Below are positions 26,306 to 41,600 of a stretch of DNA of 64,000 bases, piece after piece. This DNA comes from Geosiphon pyriformis uo1 (lineage: Eukaryota; Fungi; Glomeromycota). The DNA is taken from assembly GCA_016748015.1 (NCBI GenBank), contig JAAOMT010000193.1:386858-450857 (forward strand). Direction: 5' to 3'. Below the pieces are notes generated by a model that was given only the letters and a program-made list of their open reading frames with translations, did not search any database and was not told the DNA's origin. The number at the start of each line of letters is the position of its first letter. Positions within the stretch are counted from its first letter, which is position 1. The position numbers and the translations under genes were made by a program.

Positions 26306-26961
26306 ATAAATACATCATTCCCAAAACAGAAGTATTTTTAATCAACATAAACAATTATTTTCTGGATTAAAACATTCAAAACGCTTTCTATACTCTTCAT
26401 GAGTATTGGATTAAAAACTATCCAAATGCTACTTTGACCATTGGAAAACAAACTACTATAACTGATAACAGTAGAACACATACTGTTATTAAACCAAAGA
26501 AAACCACTACCAGAAGAGAAAAAATTGGTAGTAAAATAGATAAATATCTGTTGGAAAGTATAACAGCAGCTATATTCTTACCTTCCAACACAATTGGAAA
26601 AACACTTCAAGAAATCTTACCCATAGACAAAAACTTGTCATATGGAAGACAATTAGAACTCTATAGTTGCTTTGGTAAAATCATAGAGGATATGAAACTC
26701 ATAAAGAAAACAACTTCAGAGATACAGACAGAAATTTTGAGCATTATATGGTTAGATATCTCAAGAGTTTTAACTATTGCTAAAAAGGCCAAAACTCTAA
26801 TACAAAGATTTGGTCTCCTAGATACAAAACTCATTTCGCCTTAAGTATTATATACTTTATTGACAAAAGACTTTAACAAACTAGTTAGATAAAACTCTTC
26901 CAATAGATTACACCATAAATAGCTTAATTTTGCCAAAGCTCAATCTCTTTGGAGAGGATAA
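26300..26961 (+). pseudogene. C ORF3 (unknown)
   Basis: ORF 26434..26844 plus continuation ending LNFAKAQSLWRG* into the PPT. Confidence 0.65.
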
Positions 26962-27050
26962 TATTATAGTTGAAACTTATACTTCTTATTAATTATTACA
27001 TGTATTAGCCACTGATGTCATATAAATTAGCCATTCTATTTTTAGTAAGT

Positions 27051-27158
27051 GATTATTGACCTGATTAATGACCTAACTGTTGACTTAATCATTGACCTGA
27101 TCATTGACCTGATTATTGATCTAATCATTGACCTAGTCATTGACTTGATCATTGATCA
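27051..27158 (+). repeat. 12-bp tandem array (gatcattgacct) in the LTR of C
   Basis: 9 units here versus 4 units at 19197-19244. Confidence 0.9.
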
Positions 27159-27690
27159 CTTTTGATAGCTATATAAACAATGAATTTTTTAACTGTAAAA
27201 AAGCATAAAGAATCAAAAAAAAGAAATAAATAAAATAACAACTTTCATCTCAATTATTTTCTTATTGCTAATTTTCCTTTCCCTACTTTTAAGTATCTGA
27301 ACATCTTAAAGATAAAAAATTACTTGTTGGTTATTCCTTACTCTTTTCCTGAAACATGTAATTGCAACATTTAGAGATTATTGAATAAAATATGACTGAA
27401 AAGCACATTTGATACTTGATATTGAATTCTAAGAGTGCCAATGTGAAGCATAAAATTATACCAAGTGTGATCATTTGTTGACAGTACGGACTATCTCTCT
27501 ACCTTCAAATTCTCTGGTTATTTTGAAAAATATAGTGACTGAGATATTTTATAAGACTGATCTCACACATTGAATCCTTACTTATTCAATTTGCTCTTTG
27601 AAGTTGAATTCTTTTTGATTCTTTTTATCACCCTACAATCCTGTTCTCCCTTGCTATCCGTTAGCTTGTTACTCCAACCCATAACAACAT

Positions 27691-30562
27691 AATCCTCATA
27701 AGCAATTGGGTGAGTCATGAAACACTCATTAATATAGCATAGCATTGAGCAATCTCTTGCTTAGATGGTTACTTACACAACAAAGATGAAATTTAGAAAA
27801 TGGCAAATGCCAAAGTCAAAAGCATATTATCCAATAAAATTCTGAAAATCAAGAACAATCTGTCAGAACCAGTAGAAACAATTTGCATTCTCAATTCTGA
27901 TGCTTTTCTGGATGTTGAAACTGGTCCAGAAGAATTCCATGACTATTACCAAAACTTGGCACTGACAAGAGAAGAGCAGGAACAGTGTTTAAAACAACTA
28001 AACACCCAATTATGTGACCATTGTTTGATTTTATGTAACTTTCAATATTGTAATAAGTGTGATATTATTTACAATTTACCACCATACATAATCTACACAA
28101 TCTTAGAGAAAGAAAAACCAATCAGCAGCTGTGTATCAGAATTAGAATCAACATTCTATCCTGATTCAAACTCCAACAATAATGATAATAAAAACAATGA
28201 TTCCAGCTCTATTCAAAATAACAATAACAATAACAACAGTTTAAACTCCAATTCAAACCCAGAACAATATATTGTATTTTTTAACCTCACCAAGAAACAG
28301 AAACTTAAATAGTTTAGCAATAATAATGAAGATATTATGTCAGAATGCACACATAATACTGATACAGAGTTTAATCTGAGATATCTGAGAAAAGAAGTCA
28401 TCAAATTGAAACCACATTCATGCACCTGTATTAATCTCAAAGTAATATTGGAAATTTCAGCAACAATGATGATTCAATTAGCATCCAGGAATAGTTTAAC
28501 AAAAAGAAGAATCAATATAAGAGAAGAAATAATTGACACAGAATATATAAAAAATATCATTACAATGCTACAAAATGACTCAGAAAAGACCTATATCATA
28601 GAGCCAAACAAAAAAATAGCATAGGCAATATTTCTGCTTCTGGTTAAAATAGCTCAATTAGTATCAGTAAAAAACAGAAAAAAATTAGAAATTACAGCTA
28701 GAGAAATTAGTAAATTCGGATCTATGGGTAGAATAGATATATCAGTCAATATAACAGAAAAAAAAGTTATTAATAAGGAAGAAATTATCTCAATCCATCA
28801 ATCAATTTTCATTTTGCCATATAACCAATATATATTAGTCATAAAAAGAAAAGTAAAGAATCAGGCTCAAATATTTGAAGCAGAAGCTGCAATTTGTGAA
28901 TTAGAAAAAATTGGACTCATCAATCTTTACATACCAGCCAAAAGCCTTAAACACATCAAAATTTCTATCTACAACACAACAGAAGATGTTGTTAAACTAC
29001 CAAAAAGAACCACCATCAGATATTTAAGCACTGAAGTTGAAAAACAACCACCAAACCCTATTTCAGACTTTTTATAACTGTGTAGATATGTGGATATTAT
29101 ATTACAAACAATATACAGACAAGAATAATGTTATTTGCTCTAATTAAAACAATTAGAACAAATGAACTTGGGAAATTTAAATCCACTACAATATATGCAG
29201 TTAAAGATGTTACTCAACAACTTTAATGACATTTTTGCCAGTAAAAATAAATTTGGCAAAACTGACATAATCCAACATCAGATCAAGATTAATGATACAA
29301 TGCTAATTAAACGAAAAACATACCAAGTACTACTAACAAGCCATGAAATTATCTGACAGAAAATCAATTGAATGCTAGGCAATGAATTAATTCAACCATT
29401 AATAAGTTCATAGTTTTTACCAATTGTATTAGTTTGGAAAAAAAATGAGAAAATTTGGTTTTGCATAGATTACCAAAAAATTAATGAAGTAACAAAAGGA
29501 GATAGCTATTCAACTTCAAAGATCTAAGAACTTTTTGATGCATTTGGAGGAAAAAAATGATTCTTAATACTAGACTTGGATAGCAGTTATTGACAAGTAG
29601 CCATAAATCTAGCTGATAAAGAGAAGACCACATTCACAATAAGAGAGAGAAATTTTGAGTTTGAAGTAATGCTATTTGGCTTAATAAATGCTCTAGCAAT
29701 ATTCTAACAACTTATGGAAATTGTTTATATTAGACTACTATGGAAATCAGTAATTGTATATTTGGATAATACTAATGTGTTCTCAAAGATATTTGATGAT
29801 TATTTTTATTATCTACAGCAAGTATTTGAAAGATTAAAAAAAGCAAGACTAAAGTTAAATGCCAACAAATGTTTCTTTGGAAAAACAGAGTTGAAGTTTT
29901 TGAGACATGTCATGAGCAAAAACAGCATCAAAACAAATTCAGACAAAATTGAGAGAGTTAAAAACTTTTCAGTATTTACCAACTTGACCAAATTATGAGC
30001 ATTCTTGGGATTTGTGAATTACTACTGCTGCTTTATCAAAAAATTTTTCAAACTGGCTTAGCCATTACACCAGCTTCAAACAAAAAACACCAAATATGAA
30101 TAGACAGAAAACTAGCAAGAAGCTTTTGATACATTAAAAAAAAAGCTTATTTAAGATCTAGTATTAATCTATTCAGATTATAGCAAGCCATTCATAATCA
30201 CAACTAATGCATCAGGTCAAGCATTAGGAGCTGTACTATCTCAGAAAAAACCAGATGGAAGAGAACACTCAGTAGCATATGCTAGTCACAGCTTAAATTT
30301 AGCTGAAAAAAGCTATAAAACTTCAGCACTAAAACACTTAGCAATTTATTGGACAATCATGAAATGAAAAAAATACTTAAACCAGAAATTTGATATATAT
30401 ACTGACCATAAAAGATTGATTTTAATTTAGAAGCAAGAATTTGGAAATAATTGCTATGTTAGATAAAAAATAAAACTTTTACTATTTAATTATATAGTAC
30501 ATTACAAAAAAAGAAAAAAAAATGGAAATGCTAATAGTTTGTCACAGATAAGACAAATCTAA
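27691..30562 (+). pseudogene. pol: A Cys-rich, dUTPase, RT and RNaseH continuation
   Basis: CDHCLILCNFQYCNKC; dUTPase ~28325-28735 (EFNLRY, QLASRNSL, IIDTEY, KKIA); YLDNTNV; ends NANSLSQIRQI*. Confidence 0.88.
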
Positions 30563-30592
30563 AAACATTCTAATCCAAAAATATAACAAAAG

Positions 30593-31973
30593 ATGAATAC
30601 ACAAAAATATTAACAACTTTAATATTTTATAAATACTCAATAGTTCAAGAAGAAATTATCTCAAAAGGAACAAAACCATATCAAACAACAGTCCAAATAT
30701 TTTATTACTTACCAAGATATACTTTATTAGAAAAACAGAAAAAATTCAGATCAACTAACCAGAGTAATCACAGAATTAGAGAAAGAAACAATATTATTTA
30801 ACATACATTCCAATCTAACAGCAGGACATTTTTACAAAAAAACAACCATGAAAAGAACCAGAAAAAAATACTATTGGCTATCAATATATCCAGACATCAT
30901 CTAATATGTTCAAAATTGTGATGTTTGTCAGAAAAAAGAAAGAACAAGACCCAATAAGCCTTTGAGACCAATTAAAGTAGAACAATCATTCAATTACATT
31001 AAAATCAACTTAGTCGGACCATTAACAATAACCAGCAAAAGAAACAAATATATAGCAGTAGCCATGAATTATCTTACTAAGTGACCAAAAGCAAAAGCCA
31101 TTCAAGAGCAAATACAGATTTTTTTGCCAAATTCATTTATCAAGATTTGATTTGTTAACATGGATGCTTAAAAAAATTATTATCTGACCAAAGAACTTAC
31201 TTTGTAAATAGAATATTAATAGAATTAAGTCAAAAATTTGGAATAAAAAGACCATTATTATTACCATATCATCCATAAACCAATGACTTAGTTGAAAGAT
31301 TCAATAAAACATTGTGTGAAGCAATTGCCAAAATCAGCCAAAAAAATCAAAACAAATGAGATTTGTTTATATCATCAGTATTATTTATTTATCAGACAAT
31401 AAAGCAAGACATTACACAAGCAATATCATTTGAATTAGTATATAGTAAAACAGCAACAGTACCAATGGAGATAGAAGTTAACACATATCTAACTGAACTA
31501 ATAACAAAAGACAATTTCCAAAAAACATTGTTGAAAAAAACATATGACTTAATGAAAACACTAGAAAACAAACAGCAAAGAGCAGCTGATAATATTCAAA
31601 AGTTACAAAAAAAACAAAAAAAAGACACAATAACTAACTACTAGATAAACCAGTTGAATTCAAGATTGAAGACAAAGTACTTTTACATTATATCAAAGTA
31701 GAAAAACAATGAAGTAGAAAATTCAATTCCAAATGGGATAGACTATTTCACATAGAAGAAATTTTAAGAAATAGAGCTTATAAATTAAAATAGAACAACA
31801 AAATTTTAACCAAAACAGTACATAGTAATCAACTGAAACCATATCACCATATAGTATCATCATCTACCAATAATATTTCACAACTGGGAGTACAACAAAT
31901 ATTAGTCCAACCAAATAAGATTTCACAAGATCTGAAACTAATCATAATCATTGAACCAAACACATTAAATTGA
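30593..31973 (+). pseudogene. int: A integrase ORF
   Basis: ATG 30 nt after the RNaseH stop; AGHF...YYW...CDVC, LVERFNKTLCE. Confidence 0.85.
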
Positions 31974-31997
31974 ACAACCAAAAGAGTATATAAAGAC

Positions 31998-32662
31998 ATG
32001 GTATACACAACAAAAGCAACAAAGAAAATAGAAATACCAAATTATATTTACACCTTAGCTCAACAATTGTTTCAGGCCTTAAGTTAACAACAATTAAACA
32101 TGAAAATTGTCATCAATTACTAAACAATCTGTTATCAAAACACTAAACAAAAAGAAAAAAGTACATCTACCAACAACCACAAAAACAATCAAGAAACTGG
32201 TCAGATAAAATAGTAGAGAAAGTAAAAAACACTTTTGGGAAAATACCTATTATGGTTCTAACAGAAGAATTTTCAAAAGATAATTAGAAATAATGAACAA
32301 AACAACTTCTAATACTATACTGTTACTATTAGTTAGAACAAAAGTTGAATATTTAGAAATTATATCTTGATAAAGCCAAAAGAATATTCAACCAAAAAAT
32401 AATACAAAATATTGAAAATATTATCAGAAAAAAGACAAATCTATTACTGCACATTAGAACAATCTATTAACTACACACAATATTTCAAAATTACTCAGAA
32501 ATATTGTTACATTCCAACATGGAAACAATTACCATTAACCAATAGAGAATAATAAACAACACACAAATTGAAAATATAAGAAACAAAATTGAACAAACAG
32601 TATTAAAAAAAGAAGTATTAGACTTAATTCAAAGTGAAAATTTCGACAGAGCTTAATATTAA
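31998..32662 (+). pseudogene. A ORF3
   Basis: ATG MVYTTK 24 nt after the INT stop; LEQKLNI motif; ends ENFDRA*Y* at the PPT. Confidence 0.7.
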
Positions 32663-32676
32663 AAAGAAGAAGATAA

Positions 32677-33464
32677 TGTTATTCATAAAGAAAATGTATA
32701 AAAAAAAATAGTAGGAAAACAGATAGACCAATAGAAGAGTAGTTAGCATGTAAGCATATTGCTCAGCAATGTGAAGCAATATTAGAAAATTAGGGCATAT
32801 TGCTCAAAAAATTATAGCACATTGCTTAGCAATATAAATGATTTCATAGAACCTAAATTATGTATATATAGCAAAAACATTAGAAGCAGAAAAGAGAAAA
32901 AAATTACCAATATCTTTCTATTGCCATATCTCTATTAGAATTATTAATATTAATAAATAATTATTCACTATCTAAATCATTTTCTCCACTATTAATACTT
33001 CATGTTGATAATATCGAATACTTGATCATGCTAGAACAATAGCTCTTAATTATGGCTATTGACAGAATATTAACTTTATTACTTTGGCTTACATTTTATT
33101 TTCTTTAAATTTTCTTTTGTATTTTATTTTTTGTTGTTTACTAATTGATTAAGGATTAAGTGCTGAGTTATTGACATTAAGCATTGTCTGATAAAAGACT
33201 CTTGTGAAAGGGTAGATACTTGAATTTAAGGATTACTTACTAGAGAATTACTGGTCACCATGCTGAAAAAAAAATTTAACAGAATTGCAATTCTGGAAGA
33301 CTACTAATAAAACAACTATTGAATCTCTGTCTATTATACAAAAAACTTCAACCCAAAACTTTTAAATAATCAAAACTTTTAGATATTATTAATTATATTA
33401 ATTAATAAACACCAAGTTATGGGTTTATTATTTGATTTAAGACCCCAAATAATCACTTATAACA
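32677..33464 (+). repeat. 3' LTR of A
   Basis: Colinear with 5014-5841, preceded by the PPT. Confidence 0.9.
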
Positions 33465-36400
33465 TTGAATATCACCTGTTAACCATAAAATAATTTGACA
33501 AAAAATTAACCAAATGTTAAATAATAAGTTAATTTAATTATTAATAAGTCTAAAGTTATTATTAATAGTACTTATATGAAAAAAAAATAAAAAAATTCAC
33601 TTTTGTGTAAACTATAAAAAGCTTAACAATATTATTTATGAAAATAATTATTTCACTTCACAAATTCAGAAATTATTTAACACTTTTAGTAAAAAAAAAA
33701 GGTTTTTTATACTAAACTTAAATAATAGTTATTAATGTTACAGATAATTATTTGGAATATTAAAACAAATAACAAATCCATAATTTGGTATTCAATAGTT
33801 GAGAATATTAGTAATTTTTGAAAATTTTGGAGTCTAAAAGTTTTGATTGAGTTTTTTGTATAATAAATAGAGATTCAATTAATAGTTTTCTTCTGTGAAT
33901 TTTTTTTTTGGCATAATGGCCAGCTTATTTTGGCAGTTATGTTCTTCTGATAAATTATTTTTAAATTTTTACTCTTGTTTTTGGGTTTTTTATTAAACTA
34001 TTCTTAATATTAATTATTTAATGCTTAATTTCTTTAATTAATTAGTAAACAACAAAGAAAATAAAATAAAATAAATAAAATATTAGTATTTCATCAATAG
34101 CTATAATTAAAAGCTATTGGTTTAATATAGTTAAATATCAAATTTTATTAATATTTCATATTAATAGTGTAAAATAAATTAATATTTCTTTAATTAAGTA
34201 ATGATAACATAGATGAAAATAATAATAAATGTTTTATTAATATAAGTATAATTCCACTTCAAATTATAAAAAACTATTTTTTGAAAGAAGAGGTATTGTT
34301 ATTTTAAATTAAATTATCTTGAATTTTTTTTTGTTTCTAATATTTTTGTTATATATACATAATTTGTATTATATAAAATTTTTTAAAATTTTTTAGTTCT
34401 TTTAATATTGAGCTTTGTTAAAATTTTCCAAATCTCTTAACTCTTTTAAATCTATACTAGTATGTAAGTAAAGTTCTAATCTGATGTCAGTTTTTCTAGA
34501 ATATCTGAAATCAAACTCTACATTGGTATTATGCATATGTTTTAATATAATATCTTTATTATTATTATTAAATTATTTAAGTTTTTGTTTTTTTAAAAGA
34601 TTTAAAAGTGCAATATATTGTTTAAAGTTATAATCAGAGTTTAAATTATTATTATTATTGTTGCTATTATAAATGAAGTTAGAATTATTGTTGTTATTAT
34701 TGTCAAAGTCTAAATTATGATTGAATTTGATTCTAATTCCAAAATGTATTTGCTAATTGGTTTTTTTTCTTCAAAAATTGAATAAATTATGTATGATAAT
34801 AGATTGTAAATAAAATCACAATTTTTACAATATTTGAAGTCACTAAAAATTAGGCAATATTTATAGAATTTAGCAATTAATTATTCTAAACACTGTTTTT
34901 GTTTTTTTTAAATGGGTATTAAATTTTGATAATATTCATAGAATTGTTTTGAATTGCTTAGAATGTTAATAAATACATTTAAATTGGAAATAAAAATAGT
35001 TTCAACAGATTTTGGTGAATTATTTTTAATTATCAATATTTTGCTAAGTAAAATGCTTTCAACTTTGGCACTTGTTATTTGCCAAATCTTGTCTTTGTTG
35101 TGTAAGTAATCATCCAAACATAAGAGTATTTAATTTCATATAGTGTTAAAAAGTGTTTTTTTGCTTATTTAATTGCTAATAAGAATCATGTTTCTTCTTA
35201 ATCAGAAATGTTATTTCATATTTTTTTATTAAATAGCATTTCTCTGTAAGCAAAACACAGTTTATTTTTCTACTTTTCTTGTTTTTTTGGATACTCAAAA
35301 TGTTTTCTGTAATATGGTTTGCAATAGTAACAAATATGTATCTAGTAGTTCTTTTTTGGTGAGATCCAAGCTTTTATGAATAAAAGCTTTTTCTTATAGT
35401 TAATATATCTAAATAGAATATAGAACAGTTTTTTTTTGGTTTTAATGAGTAGAGTATATGTTAGCTATTGGCTGATTTTTTTGTAACAGTAGTAGTTTGT
35501 GGCTTGTTTTTTTTTTTTTTTTTTTTTTTGTTTTAGCTAAATATTGGTAGTAGCTTATTGTAATTATTGTTAATTCACAAAACTTGGTAGGTTTTTCAGA
35601 TAAGTTTGTTTGTTTTTTTCTTAAATTTTATTAATGGTTAGAATAAAGTTGTTTTGAAGTAATTATAAATAGTTGGTATTTGAGTATATTAACTATTTTA
35701 ACTAAGCTGTAGCTTCTAAATATTTCAGTTAAGCATAATATTGGTCTTAAACAGCCAGTTATTAGTAATAAAAGCTTGATACTGTATGACTTTTATTATA
35801 AAAACTTTAATAGATGTAATAATACTGTTAATTTTTAAAAAAAAGTTGTTAATTTTACCAATAAAAATTTTGGTGGCTCTATAAGTAGTAATAATTTTGG
35901 CATTAGCAGCACAATTAACTTAACAACCTAATTGATTTATAAGTTGTCATGTGATAATGTTGTCTGTTGAACTATTATCAAAAATTAGTTTAATAAAGTG
36001 GCCATTAACTTTGGTATTAGTATACATAATGATAATTAGTTTGGTATTAAAAACAGTTCTATTAAATAATAAGATTTCTGATTAGTGTTTCAACTCAAAT
36101 AAAAAAATAATGACTAATAATTTGTTTTCTGTAATAATTATTAATAAGATATTGTTAGTAAGTGGTATTGGTTTGATTTTTAGCAATTTAAGTGTTGTGA
36201 TTTTTGAAATTATTAAAAAACTTAAATAATTCTAGAAATTTGGGTTTTAGATATACTTATTTTTCAAACTTTACTAATATAATCTTGATAATTGGTTCAA
36301 TAAACTAGAAATTGGTTGGTGTATTAATATTATTAATTTCTAGTTTTGTTGAATGTATATAATCTTTAGTCTTTGGTTTCTGGTTAATATTTGCACAGTA

Positions 36401-38689
36401 TATTAGAGTGGTGTTTGAATTTGTTAAAATTGATAAATTACTTATGATTGTAGCTAATAGATTACTAGTATTGAAATTTGATATATTAAAAGTATATATA
36501 TAGATTGTTATGTCATTAGTGCATAATAGAATTGATATAATTTCAATAATAAATTGTTGGTATAGTCCTAAGTTTAAAACCTGCAATTGGGATTTTTATA
36601 TTGGTTTTCCAATTGTGAATTATTAAACCTAAAGTAATAATCTGTTTTTAGATGGTTTTGTTTACTACAGTAGTAGCAATTAAATATTTTTTGTTGTCAC
36701 AATTGATTTGATAATAACAATAATAAACACAGTTTATTTTGGAATTGATTTAAACTTTCTGAATTGTTACAATATTAAGAATACTAATAAATTGCTTAAT
36801 TGTTAGCTAAGTATCTTTTTAATTTTTGGTTAATTAAATCATTGAATTGTTTTAGCTTAAAATCCAATTAAAATGATTTATTTATAACTAAATTTACAGC
36901 TTGCATGTGATTGGCTTTAAATTCAATCAATTCAAAATTTCTGGTGTGTATAATTGTATCTTGGAAAGTATTTGGGTGTATTGGGCATATTTATTGTAAC
37001 AAGCTGTTATATAATTTATGAATAAATTAATTCAAAATTTGTAGTGTTGTAAAGTAGTCAATATTAATTGCTTGAATTTGACACAGATTTTTGTAGAAGC
37101 ATTTAGAGTAAGTAGTAACTGCTTTTGTATCATCTTGTTTAATAGTAATAAAGCTAGTTAACAAGCAATTTATACTATTATTATTGCTAAAATACTATAG
37201 AAATACAGTTTTGAACACATTAAAATCTTGAAATTTGTTGACAAAATTCTGGTACCATAAATTAGCTGTGTTTTATAAGAAATAAAAAATAGCTTGAAGA
37301 ACTCTGGTGTCATCTCATCTATTAGCTGCAATAGTTTTTGCTACATTGTTTAGTCATGTTTAAGTATTGTTCTCTTTTTTAGTAAATTTCTCAAGTTTTG
37401 TAATTGGTATATAAGTTATTTGTGTAAGTAGTTATTGTTGTAGTTGTTGCTAAGCAGCAATTAGTGCTACTAGTTATAAATTAATTAGAATAATTAGAGG
37501 TAAGTTTTTTGGAAAAATAGAAGCTAAATTTAAATTGTTTAGATTTGGCTGGATTTTAACAATCAAAATTATAATTTTTGAATTAATTAAGATCAGATTT
37601 TAATTATTATTTCCTTGATTACTGTTTTTTTTTTCTAAATCAGTGTTTTTCTAATGACTGTAATTCTAAATTTTTTAATTTATCTCTGTAATTAGTAAAA
37701 CAAACAAATAATTTTGTAAAAGTATAGTGTTGTTACAGTTTAAGAATTTAGCAAAAAAATCATAAAAATAATACAAACTATTCAATCATAATATAGCGTA
37801 GTAATAATCTTAGAAAGATAATGATTAACATAGTAGCAAACACCATTTCGCGATAGTAGCAAGCACTAGTTCACAATAGCAGCCAACACCAACTGGTAAT
37901 AGCAACAAACACCAAGTTGAAATATCAAAAAGAAAGTATTACAATGTGTTTTCTTGTAAAACTACAAACATGTATATATACAGTAGCTTTAATATTGAGA
38001 AAAAACAATCAAGTAATAAAAATCATAACTTATCAAGCAATAGATCCAATTTTATCCAACAAACTCCACTTTAAATCATACTTTCAAATTAAATATCCCA
38101 AGAAACCTTTAAATCAAAAAGAAATGAAAAAGAATATTTAAAACTGAATTATCACAACTCAAAGTATTAAGAAACTTACTTGTATTATTTATTGAATGAA
38201 ACTATCATTCATCAACTGAATCCCTTGAAAGAATAATCCTTGATTAAGATTATTCACGTTGTTACTAATTGATAAAAGCTTTATTGTAAGAATTAGAAAA
38301 AGCACTAAAGGCCATTAACATTCTGTGTTTTTAGATTAGAAAAACACATTAGGCAATTGCAAGAATAGTCTTAGAGAAGACCCCAGACAGTAGGTAGATT
38401 TCAGTTCAGCCTCTGAAAAAGAGTACATAAATACACACAACAATTAGGAATTGAAGAATAATTTACATCGCAACATTAAAAAGAAAGCCTTCAGTATAAC
38501 AGTGACATTATCACACAAATAGAATTGAGAAACTCACGAAAGACTGATTGCAATTAAAATGGGATATCAGCAATTAAATATAACAAGAAAACCATCCCAT
38601 AAAATTTGGTAAACCCTACGAGAAAAGAAAATCAAAAAAGAAATAATAATTAGCAATAATTCATTGCTAAAAAGGAAGAGACAAAAGTG

Positions 38690-41600
38690 GTGACAAAAAC
38701 TCCTAATCTTACTGTTCTTGAATTCTGCCATGCTATTTACACACAAAATTAAAGTGATCTTGGATTACCAAAAGGGTGTTGTCCAACAGAATCTGCCCTC
38801 ACTTATTATATTAACACCAGAATAAATTATCATATAGGAAAGGAAGAAGAACCACATGATGCAAAACTTGGATTGTATAGAGAATTATCACAATAGACTA
38901 CAAAAAAAGTAGCAATAATAGCTGCAACTATTGTCAAAATCCATTGAGAAATTGAGCAATACACCAATAAAAATTTTCCAATATCCACAGGAAACACTAG
39001 AGAATGCACCAACAAAACCAAAGAAAATTTAGAAACTAATCAGGAAAGTAACCAGCAAAAACTAGGAACACCTGCTCAAACACCAAAAAAAACTGTCACT
39101 CAATTAATAAAGAAACAACGTATTTATTCACCAGAAGATAAATCATACCATTTTTCACCAGAAAATAAGATACAAATTCTATTAGGAGCTGCATCATCAT
39201 CAATATCAACTCCACAAACACCAAGAACTCCTAGTTATACTGATAAAATTAAACAACGTAACTGGGGAGACATACCAATTACAGGAGGATATTCATCACT
39301 ATTTCAAAATCCTCTTTTTCAGCCAAAATTTAAAACAGGGTTTGAAAACCATGAAGAAGAGTCTGAATTGGAATCCGAAAAAGAAACCAGTGAAAAAACA
39401 ATCACAAGACCAGTCACTGGAACAAGCAGCCAGTCCAAAAACCAAGAAACTCGTGATCAAGAAAAAGAACCGGATATAAGAGAAGCCACCTTTAGGAATG
39501 CTTAAGAAAATATCATCCCACCTCCTCTTAGACCAATAAGCTCACCAGCAGAAAATGGCAATGAAATGACCACACCATACATTGCAAGACTAACAGATTT
39601 CTCAGGAGAGGAAGAAGAAACGGACATGCACACATGGCTCAGAGAAGCACAAAAAGCCATCCAGGCAAATAACTAGAATGACCAAAAAACAATTTAAACA
39701 TTACCTTTCTTCCTGAAAGACACAGCCAACTCGTGGTATCAAAGCCTGAAAACAAAATCCACAAGCTTCGTCGAATTTAAAAATGCACTCCTGGAGTATT
39801 TTAGCAACCCAAATACCATAATCCAACTACAGAACAAATTCAATACTATCAAGCAAAATACCAGTGAAACTGTCACCCAATATCTTGCTCGATTCAATCG
39901 AATTTGCCGTCAGATTAAAGCGATTAAACAAGGATACTACACTGATTCTCAGGTTTTAAATCAGTTTATTAGAGGATTAAAAAGCAGCATTTTAGGAAGA
40001 GTACACCCTGCTCACCTTAATTCTTTATCAGAAGCCATTACACTTGCCAGAGCCCTTGAATTGGCTGAGAAAAAAGCTAACCATAGTCAAATGGTTAACA
40101 TGGTAATGGAGGAAAATAAGACAGAAACATTAGAGAAAAGAGTAACGCAATTAGGGAAGGAACTCTCTAAGAAAATAGAAAGTTACCTCATCCTGGATCC
40201 AAGAAGAAATACATACCAACCATCCCAAAGACGCAGCCAGAAAGTTAGCAACAGTCAAAATAATCACCAGGAATTCAGAACAGAAATGCATGCCTGCCAT
40301 TTTTGCAAATGCATAGGATATTTGGTTAGTCAATGTCAAATGCGAATGATGCAGGAAGCATGCAAAAATAATTACTACATGCCACCCCAAATGCCCAGAA
40401 ACCAGTACATGCCAATACCATGCCAATATCCCACCACATATCAAAATCAAGGAGCTTACCAGCAACAGCCCATAATAGCCAATCTGAATTGACATTTCAA
40501 GACCCAAAATCAGCCCATGTGGAACTAGAACGTGTTGGTCCAGAGAAATTCAAACCATGCCAAAACTAATCAACAAACCAATCCAAACTACCAAAATTAT
40601 CAACAAACTTACCTTAATATACTGGAAAATCTAATCATCAGAAACAATAACAGTAGAAACATAAACAGAACCAAAAATTCCTCCAACAAATTGAACCAGA
40701 CTATACCACCAGCAGTTGCCACCGAAGATAGCAGCCTCGCAGCTATTTTTCCTTTTGAATTAAAGGAAAACAAGACTATGTTCAGTGGAGCAGCATTGGA
40801 CGAAAAACGCCCAATCACTGCTATGTATATGGAAGCCACTGTAAACAATACCCCAATCAAACTTATCTTAGACAGCGGATCTGCTGGAAGCATCATAATG
40901 CTTCAATTAGTAAACCAACTGGGTTTCAAAGTTGATTGTGCTGTGACGTCCCAAATCATAACAGCTGATAGAAGTACAAAGCTGCCTCATGGCGAAATCA
41001 ACTCATTCCCTTTCGAAATCAATGGCATAGTAATACCTACAAAAGTATTAGTAATGGACGCTACACAATATCAAGCATTAGTAGGGAATAACTGGCTAAT
41101 AAAAGCCAATGCCACCCTAGACTGGATCACCCAAGAGCTTCTGATCAATTATAATGGCCATCAGGCCAAAATTCCAGCCACCTGTGGCCACTTTCAAAAA
41201 CCCAGCGCCAACCAAAGATTTACCTTCAAATTTGAAAAAAATCCAGCACTATCAGCCATTAAAACCTATCAGCTTTCTTGGGCTGATGACCAAAAAACAG
41301 GACTACCAGCCATACCAATGTGGACCAGCAAAGAAAAATCCGAATGGAACCAAGTAAGTTTACAAAAAAACCACCAGCGATGCAGACCAAAGCTAGAATG
41401 CTCAGTTTGCAAGAAGAAACTCTCATCTATGACTGTGTGCAGTGCACCAGACAAAGACCCAAGAAATCTCATTTACTACTATTGTAACCATTGTAACAAA
41501 GAAAAATACGGTTACCCAGAAAGACATAGAAAATGGGACGAGAAACCATGTTTTGTTTGTGGAGAATTATTACTAAGAGGGTGCGACTGGAACAACATAC

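Larger units (their letters stand above)
19108..27686 (+). mobile_element. Gypsy element C (distinct family, no dUTPase)
   Basis: LTRs 19108-20640 (interrupted) and 26962-27686. Perfect TSD acat (19104-19107, 27687-27690). PBS 20647-20663, PPT ggagaggataa 26951-26961. Confidence 0.92.
5014..33464 (+). mobile_element. Ty3/Gypsy LTR retrotransposon A (dUTPase family), hosting B and C
   Basis: Matching LTRs 5014-5841 and 32677-33464. PBS at ~5844, PPT aaaaagaagaagataa at 32661-32676. TSD ctga/ttga (inferred ancestral CCGA). Confidence 0.9.

Noticed and set aside
38500-38560. Hammerhead ribozyme in the LTR of E (tgag..ctca cgaaa)
   Set aside because: The CUGANGA core is absent.
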